64,000 bases of DNA from Gemmatimonadales bacterium (GTDB taxonomy: Bacteria > Gemmatimonadota > Gemmatimonadetes > Gemmatimonadales > GWC2-71-9), in NCBI GenBank assembly GCA_036279355.1, contig DASUJH010000024.1, positions 67,375 to 131,374 on the forward strand, read 5' to 3'. The position numbers and the translations under genes were made by a program. Numbering within the stretch: the first letter of the stretch is position 1; the number at the start of each line of letters is the position of its first letter. Of the stretch, positions 9,058 to 17,471 are shown in pieces. Under the pieces are notes generated by a model that worked only from the letters and a program-made list of their open reading frames with translations, did not search any database and was not told the DNA's origin.

Positions 9058-9546
9058 TCATGATCGCCGCCGCGCGCCTGTCGCGAGCGCGACGCTGAGG
9101 ATTCGCCATTCCGTGCCGATGCGGCGCATGACGAGATGCTCCACCCGGTCCGACTCGACCATCCGGTCGGCGCGCGGCACCCGCTCCCGACTCACCAGCC
9201 AGACCGCGGCGAGATCCCCCTCCTGTCGCGTGTCCGCGCGCAGGATGCGCACGTCCGACGGCGGCCCCGCGGCCGGGTCCCAGCGCGGGAGCACCGCGCT
9301 GCGGGCCGAATCGATTCCCAGGACCTCGGGCCCATCCGCCGTTGCCACCTCGTAGGTGGCGCCTTTCCAGAAGAGGTCCCGGAGCGCGGGCCAGTCCCGC
9401 GTCGACAATCCGTGGGTGTACGCGACAAGCAGGTGCTGGATGGCGTCATCATCGCGCCGCGAGCCCGTGGGCGTGTGGTCCTCGATGCGGCATGCGGCGA
9501 GGCCGATCAGGCACAGTCCAATTGCCGCCCGGCGGAAGCGGAACAT
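9058..9546 (-). CDS. NTF2-like (SnoaL/DUF4440-type) lipoprotein, function unknown
   Basis: ORF 9058..9546. Signal peptide with lipobox-like LAAC. The fold assignment is by pattern only. Confidence 0.6.
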   Translation of the reverse strand: MFRFRRAAIGLCLIGLAACRIEDHTPTGSRRDDDAIQHLLVAYTHGLSTRDWPALRDLFWKGATYEVATADGPEVLGIDSARSAVLPRWDPAAGPPSDVRILRADTRQEGDLAAVWLVSRERVPRADRMVESDRVEHLVMRRIGTEWRILSVALATGARRRS

Positions 9547-9602
9547 GAAACTCCGTCAACGAGATGATTCGGCCGAAAGATACTCGAAGCCGCCGGTGCC
9601 GC

Positions 9603-9634
9603 GGGCCCGCGACGGATCGGGCCCGCGACGGATC
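9603..9634. repeat. Perfect tandem duplication of a 16-bp unit GGGCCCGCGACGGATC (2 copies)
   Basis: Counted between two anchors, the lipoprotein ATG at 9546 and the peroxiredoxin stop at 9655. Intergenic location. Confidence 0.9.
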
Positions 9635-9654
9635 GACGTGCAGCCGTGGCCCTG

Positions 9655-10128
9655 CTACGCGAGCCCGTGGATCTGCGCCAGCAGCTCGGCGTCCTCCCGC
9701 CGCGTGCTCGGGGTGTCCTCCGCGTAGGTCCAGCGCACCATGCCATCGCGGTCGATCAGTACGTACGCGCGGTTGGAGAAGAAGGTGGACTCCATGAGGG
9801 TGCCGTAGCGCCGGCTCACCTCGCGCTTGAAGTCGCTCAGCAGCTCCACCGAAAACCGCTCCTTGGCCTTGAACTCCTTCAGCGTGGGGATGGAGTCGAC
9901 GCTGATCGGCAGCACCTCGGTGCGGGCATCGCGGAATTGCCCGTAATCGGCGGAGAGCTCGCAGACCTCCGCCGTGCAGGTGCTGGTGAACGCGAGGGGA
10001 AAGAACGCGAGCAACACGTTCTTGCCACGGAGAGCGGAGAGCGTGACGTTCTGCCCCGACGTGGACGGAAGCGTGAAGTCGGGCGCGGGCGTGCCCACGG
10101 CGGGCAGCGTCGAGGGAGACCCGCTCAC
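9655..10128 (-). CDS. Peroxiredoxin (AhpC/TSA-BCP/AhpE-like)
   Basis: ORF 9655..10374 trimmed to GTG 10128, which overlaps the sod stop (GTGA). [22 protein letters not shown] peroxidatic-Cys motif. Confidence 0.85.
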   Translation of the reverse strand: MSGSPSTLPAVGTPAPDFTLPSTSGQNVTLSALRGKNVLLAFFPLAFTSTCTAEVCELSADYGQFRDARTEVLPISVDSIPTLKEFKAKERFSVELLSDFKREVSRRYGTLMESTFFSNRAYVLIDRDGMVRWTYAEDTPSTRREDAELLAQIHGLA

Positions 10129-10739
10129 TTGCGGGCCTGGTCGTAGCGCTTCGCCACCTCGGTCCAGTTGAGCACGTTCCACCACGCCGCGACGTAGTCC
10201 GGCCGCCGGTTCTGATACTTGAGGTAGTACGCATGCTCCCAGACGTCGCACCCCATGACCGGCGTCTTGCCATCCATGACGGGGCTGTCCTGGTTCGCAG
10301 TGCTCTCGATCGCGAGCGTACCCGATCGGTCCATGGTGAGCCAGCCCCACCCGCTGCCGAACCGCCCGCCGCACGCCTTGGCGAACTGTTCCTTGAACTT
10401 GGCGAACCCGCCGAACGTCTTGTCGATTGCCGCCGCGAGCGGACCGCCCGGCTCCTTGGCACCGCCCGGGCGCATGATCTCCCAGAACATCGTGTGGTTG
10501 GCGTCGCCGCCGCCGTTGTTGCGTACGGCCGTGCGAATGGATTCCGGCACCGCGCCGAGATTGCCGATCAGCTCCATGAGCGACTTGCCCTGAAGCGAGG
10601 GCTGCCCCTCGAGCGCCGCGTTGAGGTTGTTGACGTACGCCGCGTGATGCTTGTCGTGATGGAGCCGCATCGTCTCTTCATCGATGTACGGCTCCAGGGC
10701 GTTGTAGGCGTAGGGGAGTGGGGGAAGGGTAAAGGCCAT
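10125..10739 (-). CDS. Fe/Mn superoxide dismutase
   Basis: ORF 10125..10859 trimmed to ATG 10739 ([20 protein letters not shown]). [10 protein letters not shown] and DVWEHAYYL signatures. Confidence 0.95.
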   Translation of the reverse strand: MAFTLPPLPYAYNALEPYIDEETMRLHHDKHHAAYVNNLNAALEGQPSLQGKSLMELIGNLGAVPESIRTAVRNNGGGDANHTMFWEIMRPGGAKEPGGPLAAAIDKTFGGFAKFKEQFAKACGGRFGSGWGWLTMDRSGTLAIESTANQDSPVMDGKTPVMGCDVWEHAYYLKYQNRRPDYVAAWWNVLNWTEVAKRYDQARK

Positions 10740-10824
10740 GGCTGCGCTACCTCGAGTGATGGCTCGGCTACCGAGTGAGTAAACCCTTGTCGAGCCGCAA
10801 ATATGTGACTGGCCATGGATGGGG

Positions 10825-11973
10825 TCAACGCGCGCGCGCCGTGCGCGCCGTCGGGTCACGCGCGCTCCGCATTGCAGCGCACGCGAGCCCCGCCGCGGCC
10901 AGCACCGTGTAGACGACCTGAGTGCGAAGCCCGGCCTCGAGCGCGAGCAGCATGCCCCACCCCGCGGCGAGCGTCACTGCAATGCGTGCCGCGCGAGCGG
11001 CGGCACCCGGGTGCGCACGCAGGCCGGCGACTCCGTTGCGGCCGAGGCGCACTCCCCGCTCATCCAATCCCACTGCCGTCGACGCGCCGACGAGTAGCGC
11101 GGCCGCGGGCGTGCTGCCGGGCACGAGGCTCGCGAGGGCAAGCAGCGCGAGGCCGGCGAGCGCCTCGCATCGCCGGCGGGTCGCCGCAGCGTGCCAGATG
11201 CCGAGCATCGCGAGCGGTGCCGTGAGCGGCTGCCAATGCTCAAGTCCCGCGGGCACGGCGCGCATGCCGACCCGCACCCACACCACGACCGCGGCCGGCG
11301 CCACCACGGCGCCGGGCACGAGCTCATGCACCGGCCAGAGGCCCAGCGAAAGCCACACGGCGAGCGCGAGCGGAAGCGCAATCAGCACCTCGGCCGCGTC
11401 GCTGAACGGCGCATTGGCAAGTGTCGAGATGCGCAGGCCGACGGGGCCCGCGATGGTCGTCATGAGATGATGGAGGGGACCGAGGAGCACGGTGATGACA
11501 AGCGCGGGTGCCAACGCGCGGGCGACGCCGCGGTGTCCGTCAAGCCACCACCCGCCCGCCGCCGCCGCGACGACGAGCCCGGCGAACACGAGACTCACGC
11601 GCCCGGCGAACACGGTAGCGAGCGTGCCGAGCAGGGCCGCCGCGAGCGGCGCGAGGCGGACTTGGCCCGCGCCGAGGCCCGCGCTAGCCGCCGTCTCGCC
11701 CTTCTTCTCGGAGGCCTCGATTCCGCCGCGCCCCGCGAGCCGGATCGCGGCGATCGCGAGGGCGACACCCACAAGCAACAGCCCGCCATCGACGACCACG
11801 CCTGCACGCCCGACCGCGACGCCGCCCGCGCCCGCCGCCACCTTGAACGCCGCCACGCCGAGCGCGAACGGCACCAGCGCGGCGGCCGCCCACCGCCGGG
11901 CCGCGCGCGGCTCGAGCAGGGCGGCCTCGACCACGAGGAGCGCGTACATAACGAGAAAGATCTTGATCGACAA
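10825..11973 (-). CDS. Hypothetical polytopic membrane protein (Ala/Leu/Gly-rich)
   Basis: ORF 10825..12171. I prefer TTG 11973, which sits 8 nt after GGAGAGG. About 10 hydrophobic segments. No family recognised. Confidence 0.55.
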   Translation of the reverse strand: MSIKIFLVMYALLVVEAALLEPRAARRWAAAALVPFALGVAAFKVAAGAGGVAVGRAGVVVDGGLLLVGVALAIAAIRLAGRGGIEASEKKGETAASAGLGAGQVRLAPLAAALLGTLATVFAGRVSLVFAGLVVAAAAGGWWLDGHRGVARALAPALVITVLLGPLHHLMTTIAGPVGLRISTLANAPFSDAAEVLIALPLALAVWLSLGLWPVHELVPGAVVAPAAVVVWVRVGMRAVPAGLEHWQPLTAPLAMLGIWHAAATRRRCEALAGLALLALASLVPGSTPAAALLVGASTAVGLDERGVRLGRNGVAGLRAHPGAAARAARIAVTLAAGWGMLLALEAGLRTQVVYTVLAAAGLACAAMRSARDPTARTARAR

Positions 11974-12248
11974 CGGCTTGACCTCTCCTGCCCCGGCCGG
12001 GTGGAGGGGGACTCCCGCGGGGACGACCGCCCGCTGATTATTATGGATCACATTTTGCCAGATGCCCGCGCGAGACGCACTTGGAGCCGAGCCCGCCGGC
12101 GGCGGTTCGGGGGTATTCCGCAACCTGCCGGGGAATCTGCAACGAGCGACGCGTCTCGTCGGCCGAACCACCCACCAGCGAAACCAAGGACCCGCGCACC
12201 GTGACCGCAGCGCTCGAACCTGCCTCGACGCCGGCTGAGGAGCCGGCC

Positions 12249-13301
12249 ATGCTGCCGGACCTGGGCAGCCGGATCAACGGACGGAAGCGGACCTGGCGCC
12301 CCGCCAGCGAGATCGCCGTCGATCTGGGCACCGCCAACACCCTCGTCTTCGTGAAGGGCGAGGGCGTCGTGTTGAACGAGCCCTCGGTGGCCGCCGTCGA
12401 TCAGGCCACCGGCGAGATCAAGGGCATCGGGCTCGAGGCCAAGCGGATGCTCGGCCGCACACCAGAAGGCATTCTCGCCGTGCGGCCGATGAAGGACGGC
12501 GTCATCGCCAACTTCGACGTCGCCGAGAAGATGCTCCGCCACTTTCTCCGCCAGGTGCTCGACCGGCGAATCCTTCGCGTCAAGCCTACCGTCATCGTCT
12601 GCGTCCCCTCGGGCATCACCGAAGTCGAGCGCCGCGCGGTGCGCGACTCGGCCCAGTCGGCGGGCGTCAAGCGCCTGCTCATGGTGGCCGAACCGATGGC
12701 GGCCGCGATCGGCATTGGGCTCCCGGTGGAAACGCCCACCGGCAATATGGTGATCGACATCGGCGGCGGCACCACCAACATCGCCGTGATCGCGCTCTCA
12801 GGAATCGTGTGCGACGCCTCGATTCGCACCGGCGGCGACGAGCTGGATCAGGCCATCGTGCAGTTCATGCGCAAGAACTACAGCCTGCTGGTGGGCGAGC
12901 CCACCGCCGAAGCAGTGAAGATCCAGATCGGCTCCGCGGCTCCGCTCGAGCCCGAACGAGAGATGGAGGTCAAGGGCCGCGATCTCATCTCGGGCCTGCC
13001 CAAGATCGTGCGGGTGGATTCGGCCGGCATCCGCGATGCGATTCAGGAGCCGATCTCCCGCATCGTGAACGCGGTGCGCCGTGCACTCGAGATGACCCCG
13101 CCCGAGCTCGCGAGCGACATCCTCGACCACGGCATCGTGCTCACTGGCGGCGGCGCGCTCATCCGCGGTCTCGACACCCTGCTCGGCGACGAAACCGGGC
13201 TCCAGGTGCGGCGCGACCCCGACCCGCTCACCTGCGTCGTGCGCGGCACCGGCCGCATCCTCGACGATTTCGCCCGCTACGAGAGCGTGCTCACCACCTG
13301 A
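12249..13301 (+). CDS. mreB: Rod shape-determining protein MreB
   Basis: ORF 12081..13301 trimmed to ATG 12249, which follows GAGGAG. IAVDLGTANTLVFVKGEGVVLNEPSVAA..PMKDGVIANF..DIGGGTT actin-like motifs. Confidence 0.95.
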   Translation: MLPDLGSRINGRKRTWRPASEIAVDLGTANTLVFVKGEGVVLNEPSVAAVDQATGEIKGIGLEAKRMLGRTPEGILAVRPMKDGVIANFDVAEKMLRHFLRQVLDRRILRVKPTVIVCVPSGITEVERRAVRDSAQSAGVKRLLMVAEPMAAAIGIGLPVETPTGNMVIDIGGGTTNIAVIALSGIVCDASIRTGGDELDQAIVQFMRKNYSLLVGEPTAEAVKIQIGSAAPLEPEREMEVKGRDLISGLPKIVRVDSAGIRDAIQEPISRIVNAVRRALEMTPPELASDILDHGIVLTGGGALIRGLDTLLGDETGLQVRRDPDPLTCVVRGTGRILDDFARYESVLTT

Positions 13302-14139
13302 TCCGATCGACAACCGCGTCCGCTGCACCGGCCCCCGTCTCTCCATCGAGGCGGGGGCTTTGCATTGCGCTCGCGACGTCCCGTCGCGCGCACCGCCGCA
13401 CGCGCGCGAGCTCGAGGCCGGCTCGCAGCATCGCGAGCGGGCCGAGCTTGGAGCCGCCCATGTGGGTCCACTGCTCGAGCGGTACTTCCGCCACCAGCCG
13501 CTCGAGCGGCGGCGCACCGAGCCGCCGGGCCGCCTCGGCAAGGCGTGCCAACAGTTCTACATCAAAGGCCCACCGGAAGCGGAACGGCACCGCGAACGCG
13601 AGCCGCACGAGCGGGGTCACGCGGAAGAGTTTTGCGCCGCATTGGGTATCGTAGACCGGCGCGGCCAGCGCCAGGGCGGCGGCCGTCGCGAAGAGGCGGC
13701 CGAGATAGTGGCGGGCCCCGGTTCGCTCGATCTTCCGACCGAGCAGCTTCACGCGGGCTCCGGTGACGGCCACGATGGTCGGCCGCGCGTCGAAGACCTC
13801 GGCCATGCGCGGGATCTCGTCGAGCGGGGTGGCCAGGTCGGCATCCCAGTAGCCCACGAGCGGCGCGCCGCTGTCGATCGCGGCCAGTACGCCCGCGCGC
13901 ACTGCGGCCGCCTTGCCCTGATTGGTCGGCAACGCGAGCACGCCGACCCTGTTGGGGCAGCGCGCGACCAGGGCGTCGAGCGCGGCGCGCGTCGCGTCGG
14001 TGCTGCCGTCGTCCACCAGTAGCAGCCGCACGCCGTGCGCGCCGCCGGCGAACGCGGCGATCCGCGATGCATCGAGCCGCGCCGCCTCGTTGTAGCAGGG
14101 CAGCACGACCGTCGTCGGCTCGGCGCGCTCGGATGCCAT
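13291..14139 (-). CDS. Family-2 glycosyltransferase (polyprenyl-phosphate glycosyltransferase-like)
   Basis: ORF 13291..14139. VVLPCYNEA..LLLVDDGSTD..DADL GT2 motifs. Confidence 0.85.
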   Translation of the reverse strand: MASERAEPTTVVLPCYNEAARLDASRIAAFAGGAHGVRLLLVDDGSTDATRAALDALVARCPNRVGVLALPTNQGKAAAVRAGVLAAIDSGAPLVGYWDADLATPLDEIPRMAEVFDARPTIVAVTGARVKLLGRKIERTGARHYLGRLFATAAALALAAPVYDTQCGAKLFRVTPLVRLAFAVPFRFRWAFDVELLARLAEAARRLGAPPLERLVAEVPLEQWTHMGGSKLGPLAMLRAGLELARVRRCARRDVASAMQSPRLDGETGAGAADAVVDRIRW

Positions 14140-14151
14140 GGGCCTCTCCGA

Positions 14152-14508
14152 TCAGTGTTCGGCGTGATGCGCGCCGATGGCCTGGCGCTCGGCGGCAATG
14201 ACGCGATGGGGAATGCCGACCTCGGTGAGATGCGCCGCGACCTCGAGCGCGCCGGGCGCCGCCCCCGCCTCCGATCGAAGCACCCGCACCACGCTGCCCC
14301 GGATCGGCAACGTTTCGCCGCGCGCGAGACACAGGATGCCCTCGAGCTTTCTGCCGACCGCCGGCGCGGGGCCGCGGCCTTGTCGATAGCGGACGCCGCG
14401 CTCGGAAAGGTCGACCACTTCGAATTCGTCGTCGTCAAGGATCAGTCGGGGTCGTGCGTCATCGGGATAGCGGAGCCGGACGTGCATCCGGGCATGTTCG
14501 GCATGCAT
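14152..14508 (-). CDS. PilZ-domain protein (putative c-di-GMP receptor)
   Basis: ORF 14152..14508. An RxxxR-like element (RLRYPDDAR) followed by DLSERG (D/NxSxxG). Confidence 0.6.
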   Translation of the reverse strand: MHAEHARMHVRLRYPDDARPRLILDDDEFEVVDLSERGVRYRQGRGPAPAVGRKLEGILCLARGETLPIRGSVVRVLRSEAGAAPGALEVAAHLTEVGIPHRVIAAERQAIGAHHAEH

Positions 14509-14549
14509 GGCGGTGGAGTCTCCCCGCGATGCGGCCGTCCCGCATCACG

Positions 14550-14840
14550 TCATCGGGGATGCTTGGATTCGCAACCGGCCAGCTCCGGGTGGCCGGCGCA
14601 GGCCTCGTCGCTCACTGCGGGGTGCGCCACGGGAGAGGTGCCGGGCGCGGGCGCCACCGCGGGGACGCCGGCCGCCGGGGCGAGTCGATCGCCCATCCGG
14701 CCGTATTCGCCCCGGAGCTGGTCGCCGAGCAGCACCAGCGTGAGCAGAAGCCCGCCGGCGACGAACATGAGCAGCAATGCGTACTCGACGAGCGCCTGGC
14801 CGGAATCCCGACGTCGCGGCGCGGGGAGTCGTGACCACAT
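14550..14840 (-). CDS. Flp/Fap-type (type IVb, Tad) prepilin with a long C-terminal tail
   Basis: ORF 14550..15020 trimmed to ATG 14840, which follows GGAGGA. The G/QALVEYALLL processing motif is followed by a hydrophobic helix. Confidence 0.7.
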   Translation of the reverse strand: MWSRLPAPRRRDSGQALVEYALLLMFVAGGLLLTLVLLGDQLRGEYGRMGDRLAPAAGVPAVAPAPGTSPVAHPAVSDEACAGHPELAGCESKHPR

Positions 14841-14874
14841 GATTCCTCCGCCGGGCTCAGGGTGAGGGCGCAAC

Positions 14875-15609
14875 CTAAAGGTAAGAAGCGCCTGACGATG
14901 TGGAAGTGCTGGCGAGCACCGCGTGCTCGATCCCGGCGGCGAGCTGGGGCCAGCGCAGTGGCTCAACGAGCGGAAGCAGCGGCGCCGTAGGGATCGGGCG
15001 GCCGCCTGGCGGAAGGCCATCGCGAGCAGGGCAGACGCGCAGTACCGGGAGCGCAGGCCGAGCCACGCGGAGCCGGCGGACGAGCTCCGGGGTAGTGAGG
15101 TCGGGCAGCCGTGCCGCAGCGATCACCAAATCGAACGAGCCCCCCCGACTCGCGGCGATCTTGAGCGCATCGAGCGCCATGCGCCCGTCGCCCACCGGAA
15201 GCACCGCCATTCGGGCGCGCTGGAGAAGGCGCGTGAGCGCCCGCCGCGTGCGTGCGTCGGGCTCGACCAGCAGAATGTTGAGGCGGCGCCGCCCCGACGG
15301 GGCCACCGGCGGAAACCAGGGGCGCGGTTCCGAGTCGGCTTCCTTCGGTGTCACCCTGAGTCGCACCCGGACGGCATCCCGCCAGGGGGACTCGACCCAC
15401 ACGCGCTCCCGCCACCGCGCGGCTTCGCGCATGAGGACTGGCACCTCCGCCAGACAGCGCGCCAGCTGCCGCTGTGTCGCAGCCCAGCCACCCCGAACGT
15501 GCTCGGCGGCGCGCTCGGCGCGGGTCAGGCGATGCCGGGTCGGCGGTGGGATCATGATCATCCCCGAAGTCTGCGCATGGAAGGGCCCCGCGGACGTGAC
15601 CGGAGTCAC
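14875..15609 (-). CDS. Receiver-domain protein with a degenerate phospho-acceptor site (pseudo-receiver)
   Basis: ORF 14875..15609 (GTG start; ATG 15561 is an alternative). The C-terminal CheY-like domain reads ILLVEPD..DLVIAAARLPD. The N-terminal ~105 aa are unassigned. Confidence 0.7.
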   Translation of the reverse strand: MTPVTSAGPFHAQTSGMIMIPPPTRHRLTRAERAAEHVRGGWAATQRQLARCLAEVPVLMREAARWRERVWVESPWRDAVRVRLRVTPKEADSEPRPWFPPVAPSGRRRLNILLVEPDARTRRALTRLLQRARMAVLPVGDGRMALDALKIAASRGGSFDLVIAAARLPDLTTPELVRRLRVARPALPVLRVCPARDGLPPGGRPIPTAPLLPLVEPLRWPQLAAGIEHAVLASTSTSSGASYL

Positions 15610-15659
15610 AGCCGCGTGCGGATTGGAGCGGGGCGCCTGCCGTGCGCCGTCCGTTCAGT

Positions 15660-15878
15660 CTAGGGGTGTATCGCGCCTGTCGTGGCCGGCGCCACGGTTG
15701 GACGACCGGAGTGCAGGGCGTAGACGCCGACCAGAAGCACCACGACCAGGAGGGTTGCGGCGATGACGATGGCGAGCCCATAGGTGCGGGCGGCCACCAG
15801 ACTCCCGCCGCAGAACTCGCACGCCAGGCGACCGCGTCGAACGGTGAGCCCGCAATGGGGACAGACCTGCTGCTGCAT
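15660..15878 (-). CDS. Small zinc-ribbon membrane protein
   Basis: ORF 15660..15965. I prefer ATG 15878 (MQQQVCPHCG..CEFCGG followed by a TM segment). The start is uncertain. Confidence 0.5.
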   Translation of the reverse strand: MQQQVCPHCGLTVRRGRLACEFCGGSLVAARTYGLAIVIAATLLVVVLLVGVYALHSGRPTVAPATTGAIHP

Positions 15879-16008
15879 ATGCCCTCTGGGCCGCGGCGCG
15901 CCGCCGGGCGGCGGAACGACGGAGCCTCGTTGCGTCATTTCCGGGGTACTCGATCCGGCGTCCACAACCTATCGTCGACGCGCGCCGCTGCCAAGATGGA
16001 CCGGCGAA

Positions 16009-16081
16009 TGGAGCGGACCGGGATCGAACCGGCGACCCCCTGCTTGCAAAGCAGGTGCTCTCCCAGCTGAGCTACCGCCCC
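16009..16081 (-). tRNA. tRNA-Ala (anticodon UGC)
   Basis: The reverse complement GGGGCGGTAGCTCAGCTGGGAGAGCACCTGCTTTGCAAGCAGGGGGTCGCCGGTTCGATCCCGGTCCGCTCCA folds as a cloverleaf. It has the G3:U70 identity pair and a TGC anticodon. CCA is not encoded. Confidence 0.95.
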
Positions 16082-16131
16082 GAACGCACCGAAGATAACG
16101 TGCCGCGCCCGGCTCCGAAAACCGCGCCAGC

Positions 16132-16515
16132 TCACTTGGCTCGTCGGAGCCGGCGTGTCGTCCGCCGGATCTGCCCTCGCACCTCCGCGCAGCTCATCGC
16201 GCCCGGCTGCTGCTGGGTGGCCGCCCCTTGATCGCTCGCCTCGGTGACCAGCTTGACCAGTCTGCTCCTCTGCGCGCCTTGCATCTGCTTTCGATCCATG
16301 AGGTCGCGGAAGGCGTGGAGCACCGGCGTCGGATCGAGCAGGCAGGCCTGCGCCATGCCCGTGGTGAGCCCGCTGAGCTTTGCCGCGGCGCGGAGCGATT
16401 CGGATTGCGCGGCGAGAGGCGTGGGGCCGAGCGCGACCCCAAGCATGAGCGACGGCAGCATTGCCATGAATCCATTGAACGGCCCACGCCGCCATCCAGC
16501 GGCTCGCGCGCGCAT
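16132..16515 (-). CDS. Small secreted hypothetical protein
   Basis: ORF 16132..16743 trimmed to ATG 16515, a TGATG overlap with the hemF stop. The alternative is ATG 16467. Signal-like MAMLPSLMLGVALGPTPLAAQ. Confidence 0.5.
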   Translation of the reverse strand: MRARAAGWRRGPFNGFMAMLPSLMLGVALGPTPLAAQSESLRAAAKLSGLTTGMAQACLLDPTPVLHAFRDLMDRKQMQGAQRSRLVKLVTEASDQGAATQQQPGAMSCAEVRGQIRRTTRRLRRAK

Positions 16516-17471
16516 CAGACCCAGTCCCGCGGCTCGAGCATCGCCATCAGCTCCGCCTCGAACGAGCCCGGTGCGAACTGCGGGGCGTACGGCCAGCTCG
16601 CGAGCGGCGGGAGGCTCATCAGCACACTCTCGCTCCGCGCGTTGGTCTGCAGCCCAAAGTGCGTACCCCGGTCGTGCACCAGATTGAATTCCACGTAGCG
16701 GCCCCGGCGGAAAAGCTGAAATTGCCGCTCGCGCTCGCCCCACGACAGCGCGCGGCGAAGTTGGACGATTGGGGCGTACGCCTCCGGGAGCACGCGGCCC
16801 ACGTCACCCACGAAGTCGAAGAGCCGGTCGAGGTCGAGCCCCCCGTCGCCCGCATGCAAATTGTCGAAGAAGATCCCGCCGACCCCACGCCGCTCATCCC
16901 CGCGGTGCGCGTTCACGAAGTAGTGATCGCACCACTGCTTGAACCGGCGATAGTACGCGGGATGATGCCGAGCGCACGTATCACGCAGCACCCGATGGAA
17001 ATGAATGGCATCATCGGGGAATGGATACGTCGGCGTGAGGTCGGTGCCGCCGCCGAGCCAGGCGTCGAGCAATTCGCCGCCGGGGCTCGTGATCTCGAAG
17101 TAGCGCACGTTGAGGTGCACGGTCGGGACGAGCGGGCTCCGCGGGTGCACGACCAAGCTCATCCCCGTGACGAAAAACTGCGCCTGCACGCCAGCCGCCA
17201 ATTCGGGCGGCACCCGCGCGCCGAGCCGCTGGGCCAGACCCGGGGGCAGGTCACCATGCACGGCCGATCGATTGATGCCGGCCTTCTCGAACGTGGCTCC
17301 CTCGGCCATGACGCGGGCGACGCCGCCGCCTCCGCCGGGCCGCTCCCATCGATCTTCCTGGAACGCGCCACCGCCGTCGAGCTCGGCAAAGTGCGCAGTC
17401 GCGCCGTCGTGGAGGCGCGAGATCCACTGGGTGGCCTCCGCGCACCGGCTCCGCTCGGTCACGGGCGCCAT
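16515..17471 (-). CDS. hemF: Oxygen-dependent coproporphyrinogen III oxidase
   Basis: ORF 16515..17471. HPRSPLVPTVHLNVRYFE..GGGTDLTPTYPF..HRGDERRGVGGIFFD motifs. Confidence 0.95.
   Translation of the reverse strand: MAPVTERSRCAEATQWISRLHDGATAHFAELDGGGAFQEDRWERPGGGGGVARVMAEGATFEKAGINRSAVHGDLPPGLAQRLGARVPPELAAGVQAQFFVTGMSLVVHPRSPLVPTVHLNVRYFEITSPGGELLDAWLGGGTDLTPTYPFPDDAIHFHRVLRDTCARHHPAYYRRFKQWCDHYFVNAHRGDERRGVGGIFFDNLHAGDGGLDLDRLFDFVGDVGRVLPEAYAPIVQLRRALSWGERERQFQLFRRGRYVEFNLVHDRGTHFGLQTNARSESVLMSLPPLASWPYAPQFAPGSFEAELMAMLEPRDWV

Noticed and set aside
13291-16081. A possible genomic island next to tRNA-Ala (pilin, PilZ, GT2, zinc-ribbon genes)
   Set aside because: I saw no integrase, no direct repeat of the tRNA 3' end, and no compositional shift.
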